A stretch of 64,000 nt of DNA, taken from the NCBI RefSeq assembly GCF_006345805.1, contig NC_042999.1, forward strand, positions 82,398,001 through 82,462,000, in the 5' to 3' direction. Of this stretch, positions 12,730 through 26,573 are shown piece by piece; within the stretch, counting starts at the first letter, position 1; each line of letters opens with the position of its first letter. The notes beneath the pieces are model-generated. The model worked only from the letters and a program-made list of their open reading frames with translations. It had not been told where the DNA came from and ran no database searches. This DNA comes from Octopus sinensis (Eukaryota). The position numbers and the translations under genes are program-made.

Positions 12730-13880
12730 TCTACAGGGTTATTCTTTTGCTACTGATGATCAGATAACAAATAGTATGAAACAAATTGATGCTTTAAAAA
12801 TCTCACAGTGTGCAGCAAAATGTTATTTTTTGCCTTACAAGGATATAATCCACATCATCGGCAACAGTTCAGAAAGGTCTGCAATGTAGTGCTTTTCCAT
12901 AGGATTTGACAGTGTCACTAAAACCTTTCATAAGGCTATCTGCAGGACGGATTGTCCTGACAGTCGTTAAGACCGCACTCGGTGCAAAATTTATTCAACG
13001 TTTAAAAATAAGGAAAATTCCAATAAAAAAGCAACCCGTTGTAAAGGCAATAAACCTGAAATAATTCTTTTACGGGACAGAGGTCAAAAGTAATGCATTG
13101 CCGTGGATAGAAGTTAGCGGACCTGCTGTGAATGTATTATCTATGTTCATGGAGAAAGTAAGAGTCTTTTAAAGATCTTGTATATGGGTTACTGACTTTT
13201 TATTTACACATAATATTATAGGCGCATCGGGTTATGAACCAACATTTTAACAGAAAGGACTAGAAAGGCTGGAATTTTACAAGAAAGAATGAGAATAACT
13301 GACATATCATTCCAAATGCGATAAAGATTTATAAAACATTCCAAAAGTTCTACATGTGAGTCACTTAAAATGGAAACACATACGCACACAGTGAGTGTGT
13401 GTATGTATATATACATACATACAAGGAATACTGGTGGAACATTCCTATCAAGACATCTGCCAAGAGTTAACATAAAAAGCCGGATATTGTTGTTTGGACC
13501 TTCATGAAGGTCAGCTGTCCTGCTGATTTGAATATTTCTCTGAAAATGAAAGAGAAAGGGGTTAACTTTGAACAACTGTTTCGAAACCTCCAGCCTCTAT
13601 ATCAAGATTATAAATTCACATTTATACCAATAATAATTGGTGCACTAGGTTTTGTAAGTAAATGCTTAAATGAATATCAGGATAAGCTAGGGTTTTCAGA
13701 AAAAGGAATCAACCCTCTAATTCGCACATTGGTGATACAGTCTCTCAGTGAAACAGTAAATATATGCAAGACTTCGCTGAAGTTTAAAATGATACATTGT
13801 TTTATCTACATTACAACGATCGAGCTTTGTAACTTTGCTAGAAACCAACTTCTTTTTCAAAGAAAGAATTTAAATAATTA
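12730..13880 (+). mobile_element. R4/Dong-clade LINE 3' remnant (degenerate zinc knuckle plus restriction-like endonuclease domain)
   Basis: WNIPIKTSAKS*HKKPDIVVW (about 13435-13500) runs into ORF 13504-13881 KVSCPADLNI...YKFTFIPIIIGALGFV...TVNICKTSLKF, a PD-(D/E)xK-type C-terminus. An AKC...DIIHII remnant lies at about 12820. Confidence 0.8.
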
Positions 13881-14547
13881 AAAGCAAAAGAGTACATTCA
13901 TGCATGCCTACATACATGCATACATACATACATAGATACATACATGTATACATACATACATGTAAAGAAAATACATTTGCACTTTTAAACCTATTTATTC
14001 GTTTATTTGGTGAGACAGGGTTGTTATCGTTGACTTCTAAGTATCTCTGATATTGGGAAACACCTCCGAAATAACCGCCTTTACATATGCAACCGCACAC
14101 TCACACATATTCACAATTGTGTGCTTGCGCTTACGTATTTACCTTTTTTAAAAATAAAACTGGAAATGTTTTGAATAAAACAAAAAGACTGATACAATGC
14201 CTTGTTTTTTTTGTATTTTTTTTTTTTGGCTTTTACTTCACTGATGGAGATCTCTATTATGAATAGGTCTCCATCGTTGGCTTATACAGGCATAACAACA
14301 TACGTGAGACAGTGGTTGGAAGAATTGGCAGTTATTTTTATTAAATCTGATAACAACGTTACGTCTCCCTTCAAGGATCATACAAACATACGCACATTCA
14401 AACACACATATATACGTGTGTATATATATGTATATATATATATATATATATTATATATATTATATATATATATGTATATATTATACACGTGACATCATAA
14501 ATATAAGGAATTATTTATATGTTTTTCATTAGTATATTCCTTTGAAT

Positions 14548-14594
<47 letters not shown>

Positions 14595-14845
14595 GTGTGT
14601 GTATGTGGTGTGTGGGAAGAGAGAGATACACTTGCAAAATAAATGGGCTTGCACACGCTGTGAGCCGGGTAAGGAAAGACTGTGAAATCCAATTGCATGA
14701 TTCGGCAAAGGGCACGAAAACATATCACAAAACATTTTTAACAAGAATTCTGGCTGTCCGTCCAAACATTATTTGTTTTTACTGTGTGATGACACACAAT
14801 TATATTTGGTTACTGTTCAAACAAAACAGTAGGAATTACGTGTAT

Positions 14846-14865
14846 GGGGGTGGGGTGGGGTGGGG
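14846..14865 (+). other. G-quadruplex-forming motif
   Basis: GGGGGTGGGGTGGGGTGGGG: four G-tracts of 4 or more with 1-nt loops. Confidence 0.6.
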
Positions 14866-14962
14866 TGCAGAATCAATGTTTAAGACTTTGGACGTGATTC
14901 ACCGATTCATCATATTTGACAGAATTCGGATTCCTTCAGGCAGTCACTAACAAATGCAAAAA

Positions 14963-14992
14963 CAACAACAACGACGACGACGATGGCGATAT

Positions 14993-15031
<39 letters not shown>

Positions 15032-15058
15032 CGATGATGACGATGATGATGATGATGA
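14963..15058. repeat. (AAC)n/(GAC)n/(GAT)n trinucleotide array
   Basis: Directly visible. It explains the poly-Ser ORF on the - strand. Confidence 0.95.
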
Positions 15059-15670
15059 ATAAGAAATGAATAAAATAATTATTTGCAAAGCTAACAAAAA
15101 ATATACGAGAAAAAAAAAAAATGGGACTTCTTCCATGACAACGGATTTCTTAACTTAGCAACAACTCGTCCGATCATTGGCAACAAACAATAGGAAGGAG
15201 TAGAAGAAAAAGAAAAAAAGGGACCAGGAAAGGGAGAGAACGCTGATCAAATTTGAAGGGGTATTCTGACACAGACTACTTGAGTCAGCAAATGGCAAAC
15301 AATCGAATTGGAGGAAGAAGTAAAAGTAGAGTGTTATAGGAAAATATACTTAACGGAGAATCTATCGTTAATAAACAAAAGCGTCTTCCATCGTGGTATT
15401 ACAGCAAAAGTTGCGAAACGAAAATGGAATGGTGTCAGGACAGTTATAGAAAGGAAAATATATTTCGTTTGTGTATTTGTAGATGTGTGTGTGTGTGTGT
15501 GAGGGTATCCATGTATTCACACACATGCACACACACAAAATACATAAATATATATGTAAGCATGACTATTTATTGATGTGTGTGAACATGCAGACACGTA
15601 TATATACATACATAAATACGTAGTACATACATACAGGCATTCATACATACATACCTACATATTATATATA

Positions 15671-15740
<70 letters not shown>

Positions 15741-16208
15741 ATACATACATGCATACACACAGACACACATACATACATACATACATACATACATACATAC
15801 ATACATAATACATACATACATACATGCATACATATGTCGTTGCTGTTATGCAAAAATCTCGTAAGTCCGAAACATTGCTTTTTCAGAAAACGAAAAAACT
15901 GTTGTACTACACTTTGACAATTCTTGATATCTTGGCATCTGAGGCAGCTGGAGATACGATAGTTTGATCAAAAGAACCGGCTATTGCAGGCAAAAATAAA
16001 TGTTTAAAACGCATGACGTCAAATTTGGACATGCGACAATTTAACATAATAACAGAAACTTGATAAGCTGAAAATCTGTTCAGTAGGTCACAAGTTCGAA
16101 GTCACTGTCAGCATTTTCTATGTAAGAAAATTCGTTTCTACTCTAGGCATAAGGCCCTCTATGTAAAAAACAAACTATTTATTCTACTGAAAGATATTCA
16201 GTAAATGT

Positions 16209-16520
16209 GGGGGCCCAATGGCCCAGTGGTTAGGGCAGCGGACTCGTGGTTGTAGGACCGTGGTTTCGATTCCCAGACCAGGCGTTGTGAGTGTTTATTG
16301 AGCGACAACACCTAAAGCAGCACGAGGCTCCGGCAGGAGATGGGGGTTGAACTTTGCTGTACTCTTTCACCACAGCTTCCTCTCACCCTTTTTCCCTGTT
16401 TCTGTTGTACCTGTATTTCGAAGGGCCAGCCTTGTCACACACTGAACCTCCCCTAGAATTACGTCAAGGGTATACGTTTCTGTGTTGTTCTCAGCTACTT
16501 GCACGTTAATTTCGCGAGCA
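16209..16520 (+). mobile_element. tRNA-derived SINE (family C)
   Basis: A-box TGGCCCAGTGG and B-box GTTTCGATTCC. Head and body are homologous to 61967-62230 (GACTCGTGGT...TGTTTAT..AGCGA.AAC...GGCTCCGGCAG). Confidence 0.85.
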
Positions 16521-16680
16521 GTATTTCGTCTGTCTTTATGTTCTGTGTTCGAATACCGCCGCGGCCGACTTTGCCTTTCATTGTTTTGTAGTCGATAAAG
16601 TTGATTACTCGGATCCAGGTAATCAACTTGCCCACTTCACAGAACTTGGTAATCTTGTGACAAAATTTGAAACCAATATT
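16521..16680 (+). mobile_element. Degenerate family A SINE body
   Basis: TATTTCGTCTGTCTTTATGTTCTGTGTTCGAATACCGCCGCGGCCGACTTTGCCTTTCA...AAATTTGAAACCAATATT. Confidence 0.7.
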
Positions 16681-17343
16681 ACTCTAGTTTCTGCTTCTTG
16701 TTCAAACTCAGGTAATTAAAAACATCCAAGCAGCAGCAGCAGCAGACAGACAGCCAGACAGACAGTGCCTATGTATTAGTTTTTGTATCCGCAGGTATAT
16801 GTTCGCGTGAGTGTATCTACATGTTATTTACGTATGTACTAGAGGACGCATCATATATCTCTACTTTGAATGTATAAAGGTGCGCGCGATTTAAGTTTGT
16901 GTACTGTCGTGTATACATACATAATCTGTGCATATGTAGCTATGCATGTGTGAAGGAATGTATGTATGGATTGATTGATTTGCTTGTAACTCAGGCGTTA
17001 CTGGGCAACTCAAATTACAGATGTATATAAATGCCTAAGTTGTGCACCGCAGGAGCGAACTTGATTCCACACAGCTGTGAGACGTTCTGTTCAACCACAT
17101 GACTATGACGGCTTCGTTAAATAAAAAAGCATAGCCTGTGCTTTAAAAGTAATTTATTTTCCAAATATTCATATGCGTTCACCGTGTCTATGTGACTATA
17201 TGTATATGTATCTATATGTGACAGATACACATACGTATGTATCATTATACGCGTTATTTGTATGCAGATATATATATATATATATATACATATATATACA
17301 TATATATACATATATATACATATATATACACACATATGTATAT

Positions 17344-17376
<33 letters not shown>

Positions 17377-18469
17377 CATATACATATATACATATATATA
17401 TATATACACTTATAGATGCACACACACGTATTTAAATGTGTCGCTAATCAGTTGGATTTTTGTACAAGGTTCGCTGCAAGCCTAATAATCAATTAAGACA
17501 ATGTTGCAATAACACCCATTCAATTAAATTTTATTCATATTTATTACATTGATGTGTAAGCTCTGCAATACAGCGCAGCAAACCTAGAATCAAAACCCGA
17601 TATAATATGAAGATCAGTAGGAACGGGCATTGATGTTTTCGAAAATTATGGGTCCACGATAATTTCTTCTGAACTTTTAATCAAATTATGGATGAAATGT
17701 GGTACGATGCTGTATAGTTTTGTACAACTAGTTTTTTGTTCTAGATTATGATCAGATAAAAGGAAAATTGCCTTTGATTTGTGCTGTTTGAGACCTAAAT
17801 TGAATTAAAGTAAGCCTCGCAAAAATTACAAACTGCTGTTCCACGAATGAATCAGGATAAAAAGTATAAAGTCTGTCTCAGGCGATACGATGTTTCTAAT
17901 GATAGGTATATCAAATAATGGTCTGTTTTGAAATGAGTTCAAATTAATTGTGCGTTTCAGTTTACTTGCTGTTTGTTTCTTGCAATATCAAGCACTTTCC
18001 TTTAAACTAATTTGCCAAACCTGAAAGTATTTTTTATATCTAAAGAAGCAATCTAGGACTAAGTGGAATTGTGATCGTCTACATAAGTTAGAAAATAAAA
18101 AACAGTAAAAATTTATTAAGGAACATGAAAACCGAAACTGCTAGATAAATGAAGTTGATTATTTCTTATAACGGTACCCGCTCCAAATTTACAAAAAAAC
18201 TCATATGAGCCTTAACACAGTGTATTCTTTTGCTAGAAATAGCAACCAAGTCTTGCTTAAATTACTCCTTATTGTCTTAAAAAAAAGGCACGTTTGGAAA
18301 TTAGGATATAGTAGCACAAAAAGGCTAGGTCGTCAAACTGGATATCCCGATCAAAGGCCTCATTCAGCAATACCACAAACAAGAAAGTCATGTCACAACT
18401 ATAATACCACGATCAGCAGACAACCCTACTTTGTGGCCCTAAAAATATGTAACGATGATAATATCGAAA

Positions 18470-18843
18470 TCTCTCTCTATATAAACGGCAGTTTGTCTGT
18501 GCGTGTTTCTGTGTGTCTGTTTGCTTGTACCCTCACCCTGAACACGGCTTTCAACCGATTCTGATGAAACTTGACACACACATAGCCCAATGTCATAATT
18601 CAAAACTAACGCAGCCAAAATTTTGAAAAGTTCCCCCAGTTCTGAAAAAAATCGACAAATTCGACATGGGGTCGAGAATCAGAAACACGAACCACAAACT
18701 GTCTAGGGGACGCAACTCAACCTTTTTTAACTCAAAAAAAAATTTACCATAATTTTTTTTGCTATTTTTTGGCTATAACTCTCTAAAAATGCTTTATAGT
18801 TATTTCCCTTACAAACCTGAGCAACGCCGGGCGATACTGCTAG
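18470..18843 (+). mobile_element. Non-autonomous Helitron
   Basis: 5' TC start after A, subterminal GCAACGCCGGGCGATACTGC hairpin region, 3' CTAG followed by T (A|T target, no TSD). A highly similar second copy lies at 35434-35817 (-). Confidence 0.85.
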
Positions 18844-19049
18844 TATTTATATAATCATCTGAAGCTTTATCAGACGGTCACGATTTTTAATGAAATTGAT
18901 TAAATCGGCTTACAGTAGATGGCTAGTTTATATATCTAATCGTTCAGCTGGGACATAGTTTTTAGATTGACCACATGATTTGAACTCAAGATCTACGTGA
19001 AGGAAAAATGAAATAAAATACGCAATAAGGCTTACAACTTGAAACATAT

Positions 19050-19204
19050 AGGCGTGGCTGTGTGGTAAGATGTTTGCTTCCGAATCACATAATTCCATGT
19101 TCGGTCCCCGCTCCATGGCACTTTAAGCAAGTATTTTCGACAATAGCCTCGGACCGACCATAGACTTCTGCTTTGGTTTGATAGATGGAAACTGAAAGAA
19201 ACCC

Positions 19205-19205
<1 letters not shown>
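19050..19205 (+). mobile_element. tRNA-derived SINE (family B), 5' half
   Basis: GGCGTGGCTGTGTGGTAAGATGTTTGCTTC...ATAGCCTCGGACCGACCA...GGAAACTGAAAGAAACCCGT, homologous to 22924-23320. Confidence 0.8.
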
Positions 19206-19255
<50 letters not shown>

Positions 19256-19468
19256 ATATGTATCTATGTATGCATGTATATATATATATATATATATATA
19301 TAAGACAAGCTACAAATTATAGTATTTACATATTTTTATATCAGTAGATTTTACTTAGACACTTACATTGCGTGTGTGTGAGTGTCTTTGTCTATGGGTT
19401 TCTCATCTACTACTGATTGGCAATTGGTGCTAGTGTATTTGTGTAAAATATGCATGCATGTATGCATG

Positions 19469-19506
<38 letters not shown>

Positions 19507-19589
19507 ATATGTATCTATGTATCTATGTATGCATGTATGAATGTATGTATGTATGTACTCGTTCAAAGTACGAGTAATATGATTATATA

Positions 19590-20700
19590 TTACAATCATA
19601 TGTACATGCGCGAAGGAAGCATTACAAAACATGAACGTCCTTTTTGGCCAAATTCCATTCCTATTTCGTCAGAAATTGTTACTAAAATTGTTTCCGAATA
19701 TTATTTTGCTCAGAAATGTTTAGATTGTCTACAAAGAAATCATAGTTTCCATTGTTATTTGTTAGAATTGTTGAAACTAACGCATAACCAGTGGGATTTC
19801 GTGAAAGAAATTATTATTTTGAGCCAAAATAAGTAGCAACGCAATATAGAGTGTCTGTTTGTAATATTCCGTTTGAAATAGTTATAACATCAGATATAAT
19901 TGCTCCCCTCTTAGATATACGTGTGAGACTTGTTAACCTCTACTCATAGCTTCTAAAATTGGAACAAAGTTCCACAAATAGTTACATTCACTTCTTTCCA
20001 TATGACCGGTCATCACTTTCTGTATTCTTGTAATATCAGTGGTTTTGGAGTTGAAGTATATCGTATAAAGAGTTTATGGATGGTGCTTAAGCATGCAATG
20101 TTTCTATAGTTTTCTATTTGGGCTGTACTTTCATTCTTGTCTAAAAGATTTGCCTATGCTGTAACCAACCAATTCATTATGTCAATCGTGTCTTCCAAAG
20201 TTTTTGACGTACACATATTAGTGACATCCTGTAAAACGTCAACATCTTGTTTCAGTATCCCACAATGCCTTCACAATATACAGGTTTTCCAAAACATTGG
20301 TGACGATTTCAACGTTGATTCTTTCATTTTTACATTGTACAAATTTCGATTGTGTCTATCCACGACGTATTTTGTATAAAATCGTTCGTTTCATTCCAGT
20401 TCCTTGACCAGTTCCACTTCCTTAACTATCTTCCTGAGAACGTGTTCATTTGATACGACATATTATGGAAAACAATATCTTCATACTCCTGTATACGGCT
20501 TAGGGATTAGAAGCGAATCTGGGGTTAATGCTGGATCGTTTTAATATCTTTATCCAGTAGCGGATTTTTCACTCAGCGACTTCAATATATCCTTTAACTT
20601 TATTAATTTCCTCCAGCATTTTCAGTGTATAATTTCCGTATAGTTTTGTTAAACTTTCCATTAGACATAGTCCCTGTACTCTAGAATTGTTATTCATCAT
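19590..20700 (-). mobile_element. Degenerate R4/Dong-clade reverse transcriptase
   Basis: The - strand translates to NWLVTA*ANLLDKNESTAQIENYRNIACLSTIHKLF, SNGILQTDTL, FFVDNL and ISDEIGMEFGQKG, i.e. RT motifs with stops and frameshifts. Confidence 0.75.
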
Positions 20701-21486
20701 CACCTCATCATGCTATTTAAATGTCCTATTCTGAACTGCAAGTAGGATATTTAAATGCCATTATAACGTATGTGTATATATATATATATATAATTACGTA
20801 CATTTTCTCACAGAGAAGCGCATACAATGCTACACTCGCCTAAATGCACACTAACATTAAACTCTCAGATGAATAAAAGCTTTTTCTCGTTTATTTTTAT
20901 CGCTTCTGTTTGTATGTTGTTGATTTTGTAATTTGTTGGTTTGATTTTGCTTTCTTTATTAACGAAGATATTAATCTAATTTCTCTTCGGCCAGAGGGGA
21001 AAAGATTGTAATTACAGTAAAACAGTAAAAATTACGTTAAGGACAAACAAGAGAAATAACTTCACCATAGCAACCAACGAAATATAAAAACTTTTCCATT
21101 TACGTTCGGAAGCATTCAAGAATCACGAATACATAGATTTGCCGTTATTGTGTTTTCATTTATTCCATTTTATTTTTTCTTATACTTTCTATTCTATTTC
21201 TTGATCATTTTCCTTCTCTTCAACCTACTTTTTCGATCTTACTTTTCTCACATAATTTTCCCTTTTTTTTTTCTTTTTTCCATTTTTAGAAGGAATTTGC
21301 AATCGTTAAATTAAGGTTTGTGGTTTCTCTAATGTCGTTGTTGTTTATCTTCAGCCCATCCTGACTGAGCTCACCTTTGAACAACTACATTGCATTATTT
21401 ACCACGCTACGTACTTTCAAGCTACATCATCCAATACAACCATGGAATGCATAATCTAATGTAGATTTGACATGCGACAGCATATA

Positions 21487-21709
21487 TATCTTTCTTTACT
21501 ACTCACAAGGAGCTAAACACAGAGGGGACAAACAAGGACAGACAAACAGATTAAGTCAATTATATCGACCCCAGTGCGTAACTGGTACTTAATTTGTCGA
21601 CGCCGAAAGGATGAAAGGCAAAGTCGACCTCGGCGGAATTTGAACTCAGAACGAAATACGGCTACGGATTTCGCCCGGCGTGCTAACGTTTCTGCCAGCT
21701 CGCCGCCTT
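21487..21709 (-). mobile_element. Family A SINE with 15-bp target-site duplication
   Basis: Full head to tail. TSD ATGCGACAGCATATA at 21472-21486 and 21710-21724. Confidence 0.95.
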
Positions 21710-22923
21710 ATGCGACAGCATATAGCCTTCACCTGCTAGCTTATGATGTGATAAATAGCTTCAGATTTGGAAGCGTAGTAAAACTGATAAAACTTCAAGT
21801 TACATGTCATCATTCTACATTAAAAATAAGAGTTTCCGTAACGCCATTATATCACAGACGATGATTGACTCGTCAGAGAAGACAAATATGCATGGTGAAG
21901 ATGCACGTTTCTTCTTAAATTTTCTATTCATAATATATAATTGAACTAGAACATGAAGGGAAATTTAAGGATAATCAAAATATGGGATTCATTGTTTTAT
22001 AATGTAGCCTGAACTCTCAAATACGGCATTTTTCATTTATTTATAATTATTTTTCTTTTGCTTACAAGTAGTTCATCACAGACGCACCTGAACGTTTCAT
22101 AGTGGCATGACTATAAAAGTTCCTTCTAGCTATCTCGTGTTTGGTTGCAATTTCATTCACGCATGCCTATCACGCACACACACAAGACACAGACATACAT
22201 GCATACATACATACATACATACATACATACATACATACATACATACATACATACAACATACATACATACATACATACAAAACATACAAATTTGCAAATAC
22301 ACGCATACATACATTCTAAAATACTCTGTTGTTCATGCTGAAATACCAAAGAATGAGCCTTGGATCTTGATTAGAAACCGGATCTTTCTCTATTGGCAAG
22401 AAATCTTGAAATAAAACTGAATAATGACATATATACATACATGCATGCTTTCGTACGTACGTAGATGCCTACATGTATACATGCATACATACATTTATAC
22501 ATTTATACATACATACATACATACATACATACATACATACATACATACATACATACATACATACATACATACATACATACATACATACATACATACGTAC
22601 GTACATCTAACTGCTTCGAAACCTCCAGTTTGTATACCCAGATTATAATTCACATTCATACTAATAATAATTGATGCACTTTGTATTGTAAGAAAATACC
22701 TAAGTGAGAATCTAGATTAGCTAATGTTTTCAGAAAAAGAAATGAACCAGGAAATTGGGACATTACAAATACAATCTGTAATTGAAATAGTAAACATAGC
22801 AAGACTTTTCTAAAGTTTAGAATGTGATTTATTTTTTGTTATCTACATCTCAATAACAGAGTTTTGTATCTTTCTAACAAAGCATCTCCTTCATAGTGTA
22901 ACATTTCAACTAATTAAAAACAT

Positions 22924-23320
22924 AGGCGCAGGAGTGGCGGTGTGGTAAGTAGCTTGCTTACCAACCACATGGTTCCGGGTTCAGTCCCACTGCGTAGCAT
23001 CTTAGGCAAGTGTCTTCTACTATAGCCTCGGGCCGACCAAAGCCTTGTGAGTGGATTTGGTAGAAACTGAAAGAAGCCCGTCGTATATGTGTGTGTGTGT
23101 GTGTGTGTATGTGTGTTTGTGTGTCTGTGTCTGTTCTCCCAACATCGCTTGACAACCGATGCTGGTGTGTTTACGCCCCCGTTACTTAGCAGTTCAGCAA
23201 AAGGGACCGATAGAATAAATACTAAGCTTACAAACAATAAGTCCTGGGGTCGATTGGTTCGACTAAAGGCGGTGCTCCAGCATGGCCGAAGCCAAATGAC
23301 TTAAACAAGAAAAAAAGAAT
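22924..23320 (+). mobile_element. Full-length family B SINE
   Basis: Head GGCGCAGGAGTGGCGGTGTGGTAAGTAGCTTGCTT with B-box GGTTCAGTCCC, an internal (TG)n, and 3' GGTGCTCCAGCATGGCC...A-rich tail. Confidence 0.9.
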
Positions 23321-24869
23321 AAAAGAGTATAAGAGAACATATATACTCATAAATATATAGTTATGCATACATGTAATGTATATGATTATGAATATGTAAT
23401 CTTCAAGAATATTGTCTATGTTCTTAGGTATATATGTATAAACATAAGTACACAGAAATATGTGTGTGTGCGACTGTGTCTGTGTCAGTGTGTGCACGCG
23501 CTTGTGCGTATATATATCTATATATGTATACACACACGCATTTTACTTATGTGTATTTCTTCAACCTTTTTTATTGAACCTCTGCAAGTATAAAAGGTAA
23601 AAGCGAAAATGGAAGATATGTGCGTAATTACCAAATCCGTAATTTATAGTTGTTAGTTTCGTAGTTCTTTCCTTATACATTCCTGTCTGATTATCCTAAA
23701 TTGCTTTGAAAGCATGCTTTTGTACTAATATAACCTTGTCAACGAGTTTTGAAAATTATCTGTTCTTTAGAGCTAAGAATATGCAACGACTTCAGTTGAT
23801 ATAAAGGTGCATTTGTCCAAAAGAAACATTCTTAATTGATAGCAGAACGTGGGGGAAACTGCTTTTCCAATCGAAACTATTCAAATTAGGAGAATCTAAT
23901 TCACCTGTCTTCCATACGGAGAGAATCTGAAATGCCGTGTGATTAATAAAAATATATTATAGAAAGATAAGAGTAATCAGAGATAGGGTAATCAAAAAGT
24001 ATGACATCCAGCTTTAAGACAAAACACGATAATCTGATTTTTAAAATTGTTAATTCATTGGTTTGTTTTTCCTGTCGCAGCCAAGGCCTCGCTATTTTTC
24101 TAATGTTGTCAACCCATAATGCTACCAGACTAAGCTCAACTAGAATCTTTCTCAGAAATTGTGATATCGGAATGCAATATCTCAGAAGAAAATACTCGAA
24201 GAGAATAAAGATTAGTGCAAACAGGCTAGGAGACTTGTGGTATAACTCACCAACACCTAAAATAAGATTTTGGTGAGGTTTCTCGAACCACATCACTGAA
24301 ACAACTTCATCATTGAGAAATCTTCTATACAGATGCCTAAGCTACTAGAATTAGCAACAAAGGATCCTGAAATTACTCTCTGCATTGGACTATTTAAGTC
24401 ATTCGTGTACGAAAAACGATTGATTATGTAAGGCATACTTTTGCTCAGAGATCTTCTACATCAAGACTGGCCTGCATCTGAGTAACGATATCTAAGTTTT
24501 CCGGATTGCAAAGGAGGGGATCTTTCAAATCAGGAGGAAAATCCAGACATAATGTTGCCTCTTATCCTACCGAACTTATCTATTTCAACAAAGATATGGA
24601 AAAGAATCATTCTATATACCACCAATTGGAATGCACGCAATTGTTTTCAAGATAGTTGAGGATTATGCAAATAATGAAATATAACGTAACGTCATTCCAA
24701 TAAGACAGATATTGAAACGAAGTGAATTGGGACTTCACTTGAGACACAGAATTCTTATCATATTTCGTATTTATTCTTTTGAAATCGCAAACTGAAATCT
24801 TTCTACAAAATTTCTATCAAACAAGAGAGAGAGAGAAACAGAGACAAAGACAGAGAGAGAGAGAGCGAG

Positions 24870-24990
24870 AATCTTATAGATTGTGTCACATATCTGGGGA
24901 AAACAGTACACATGTGATCAGCATTTGCCCCCAAATGTCATCAAGATACTGCGTTTTTTATGCGATATGACGTTATCGGTGAAACAATAT
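24870..24990 (+). mobile_element. R4/Dong zinc-knuckle fragment
   Basis: RLCHISGENSTHVISICPQMSSRY resembles the CxxC...H...C knuckle preceding the RLE domain. Confidence 0.55.
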
Positions 24991-25428
24991 ACCATATCAT
25001 CTACACCATTGTTCGTGTCTAAATTCCAGCGTTGGAGATTTCTTTATTGCTTAGAAAGCAGTCCATTCTTTAAAAGAAAGAAAGACAGCGCACATACATA
25101 CGTAAATAAATGCACACTTGATTTCATACAATCACACATACAGACTTCGGTTTATTTTATTAATACCAGTACGGCCTTGTAACAAAAGAATAATAAGCCG
25201 ATATTTAAGCTTTATCGTATTGTCAGCTCTGATTTGTTCAGTTAGTATCAGGTTTTTACAAAGTTATCGATGGTTTCTTTTGTTGCTAGTATACTAATAG
25301 TCGTTGTTTCATTGTACTAGTTATTGCTTTCCTTATCGCATTTGTCATTCCACCCTACATAATGGCACACAAAGAGACACGCATACGTCATATATATATG
25401 TGTGTGTGTGTTTGCAAATATATATACA

Positions 25429-25499
<71 letters not shown>

Positions 25500-25514
25500 T
25501 ATATATTATATATA

Positions 25515-25561
<47 letters not shown>

Positions 25562-26451
25562 ATATTATACATATATATATATATACATATGTTTGTGTGT
25601 GCTGCTATGGTTCTGTACATATATTATATGCATACGTACGTATATGCATATGTACGTATACACACACACAAACACATATATATATTTATTTATTTATTTA
25701 ATTATTTATTTATCAATCTATGCGTATGTATTTAAGTGTGTGTGTATATATATATATATATATTATATATGAACAAATATGTATATGTACATGCATGCAT
25801 ATGCACACATATACAAACACGCGCGTGAACACATACGCACACACACAAACACATACACACACATACACACAGACAAGTACACACGCATACTTTAAAGATA
25901 AGAAACACAAACTTTTGAAAATTGCTAGGTCTTGGTGACGAAAACGTGAATTCGAAATTTACGTATTTATATAATAGAACGTCCTCAAGAAATATATTAG
26001 ATTGCATAAAGTTGTGAACTTATCAATACGTTGGTGTGAAATCATATGAACAACACGATAAAAGCAGGGTAACACATACGTCCTTTATACAACCGATATA
26101 CATCTGTGCTCTATATGTGGTGTGCGTGTGTGTGTGTGTGCGTGTGCGTGCAAGATTGTGTACAATATTGTGTGTTTTTATAAATATGAATGCGTTATGA
26201 AATGTTGTAGTTTATTTAGATATTTTCGAGGCATGAAAAGAAGAGAAATAAATAAAATTCGAAAGATACATAATAATGCCTTCGGAGCACATAAGAAGCA
26301 ATTATCTCGAAATGAAAAGTAGAATTTTCACAGACACACAGACACACACAGACAGACACGACACACGTATACACACGTTTCATATGTATATATGAGTGTG
26401 TGTGTGTTTGCGTGTGTGTGTATGTGTGTGTGTGTTTTGAATTATATATAT

Positions 26452-26521
<70 letters not shown>

Positions 26522-26540
26522 CATATATACTTATATACAT

Positions 26541-26573
<33 letters not shown>

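Noticed and set aside
14243-14275. 33-nt hairpin GATGGAGAT...GTCTCCATC
   Set aside because: Too short for a pre-miRNA, and the level of pairing is expected by chance.
16209-16285. tRNA-like sequences at 16209 and 61967
   Set aside because: No closed acceptor stem or clean anticodon arm. They continue into a shared SINE body, so they are SINE heads and not tRNA genes.
24150-24700. Possible RTE RT relic (KGGDLSN...IML)
   Set aside because: Needs several assumed frameshifts, so it is too speculative to list as a feature.
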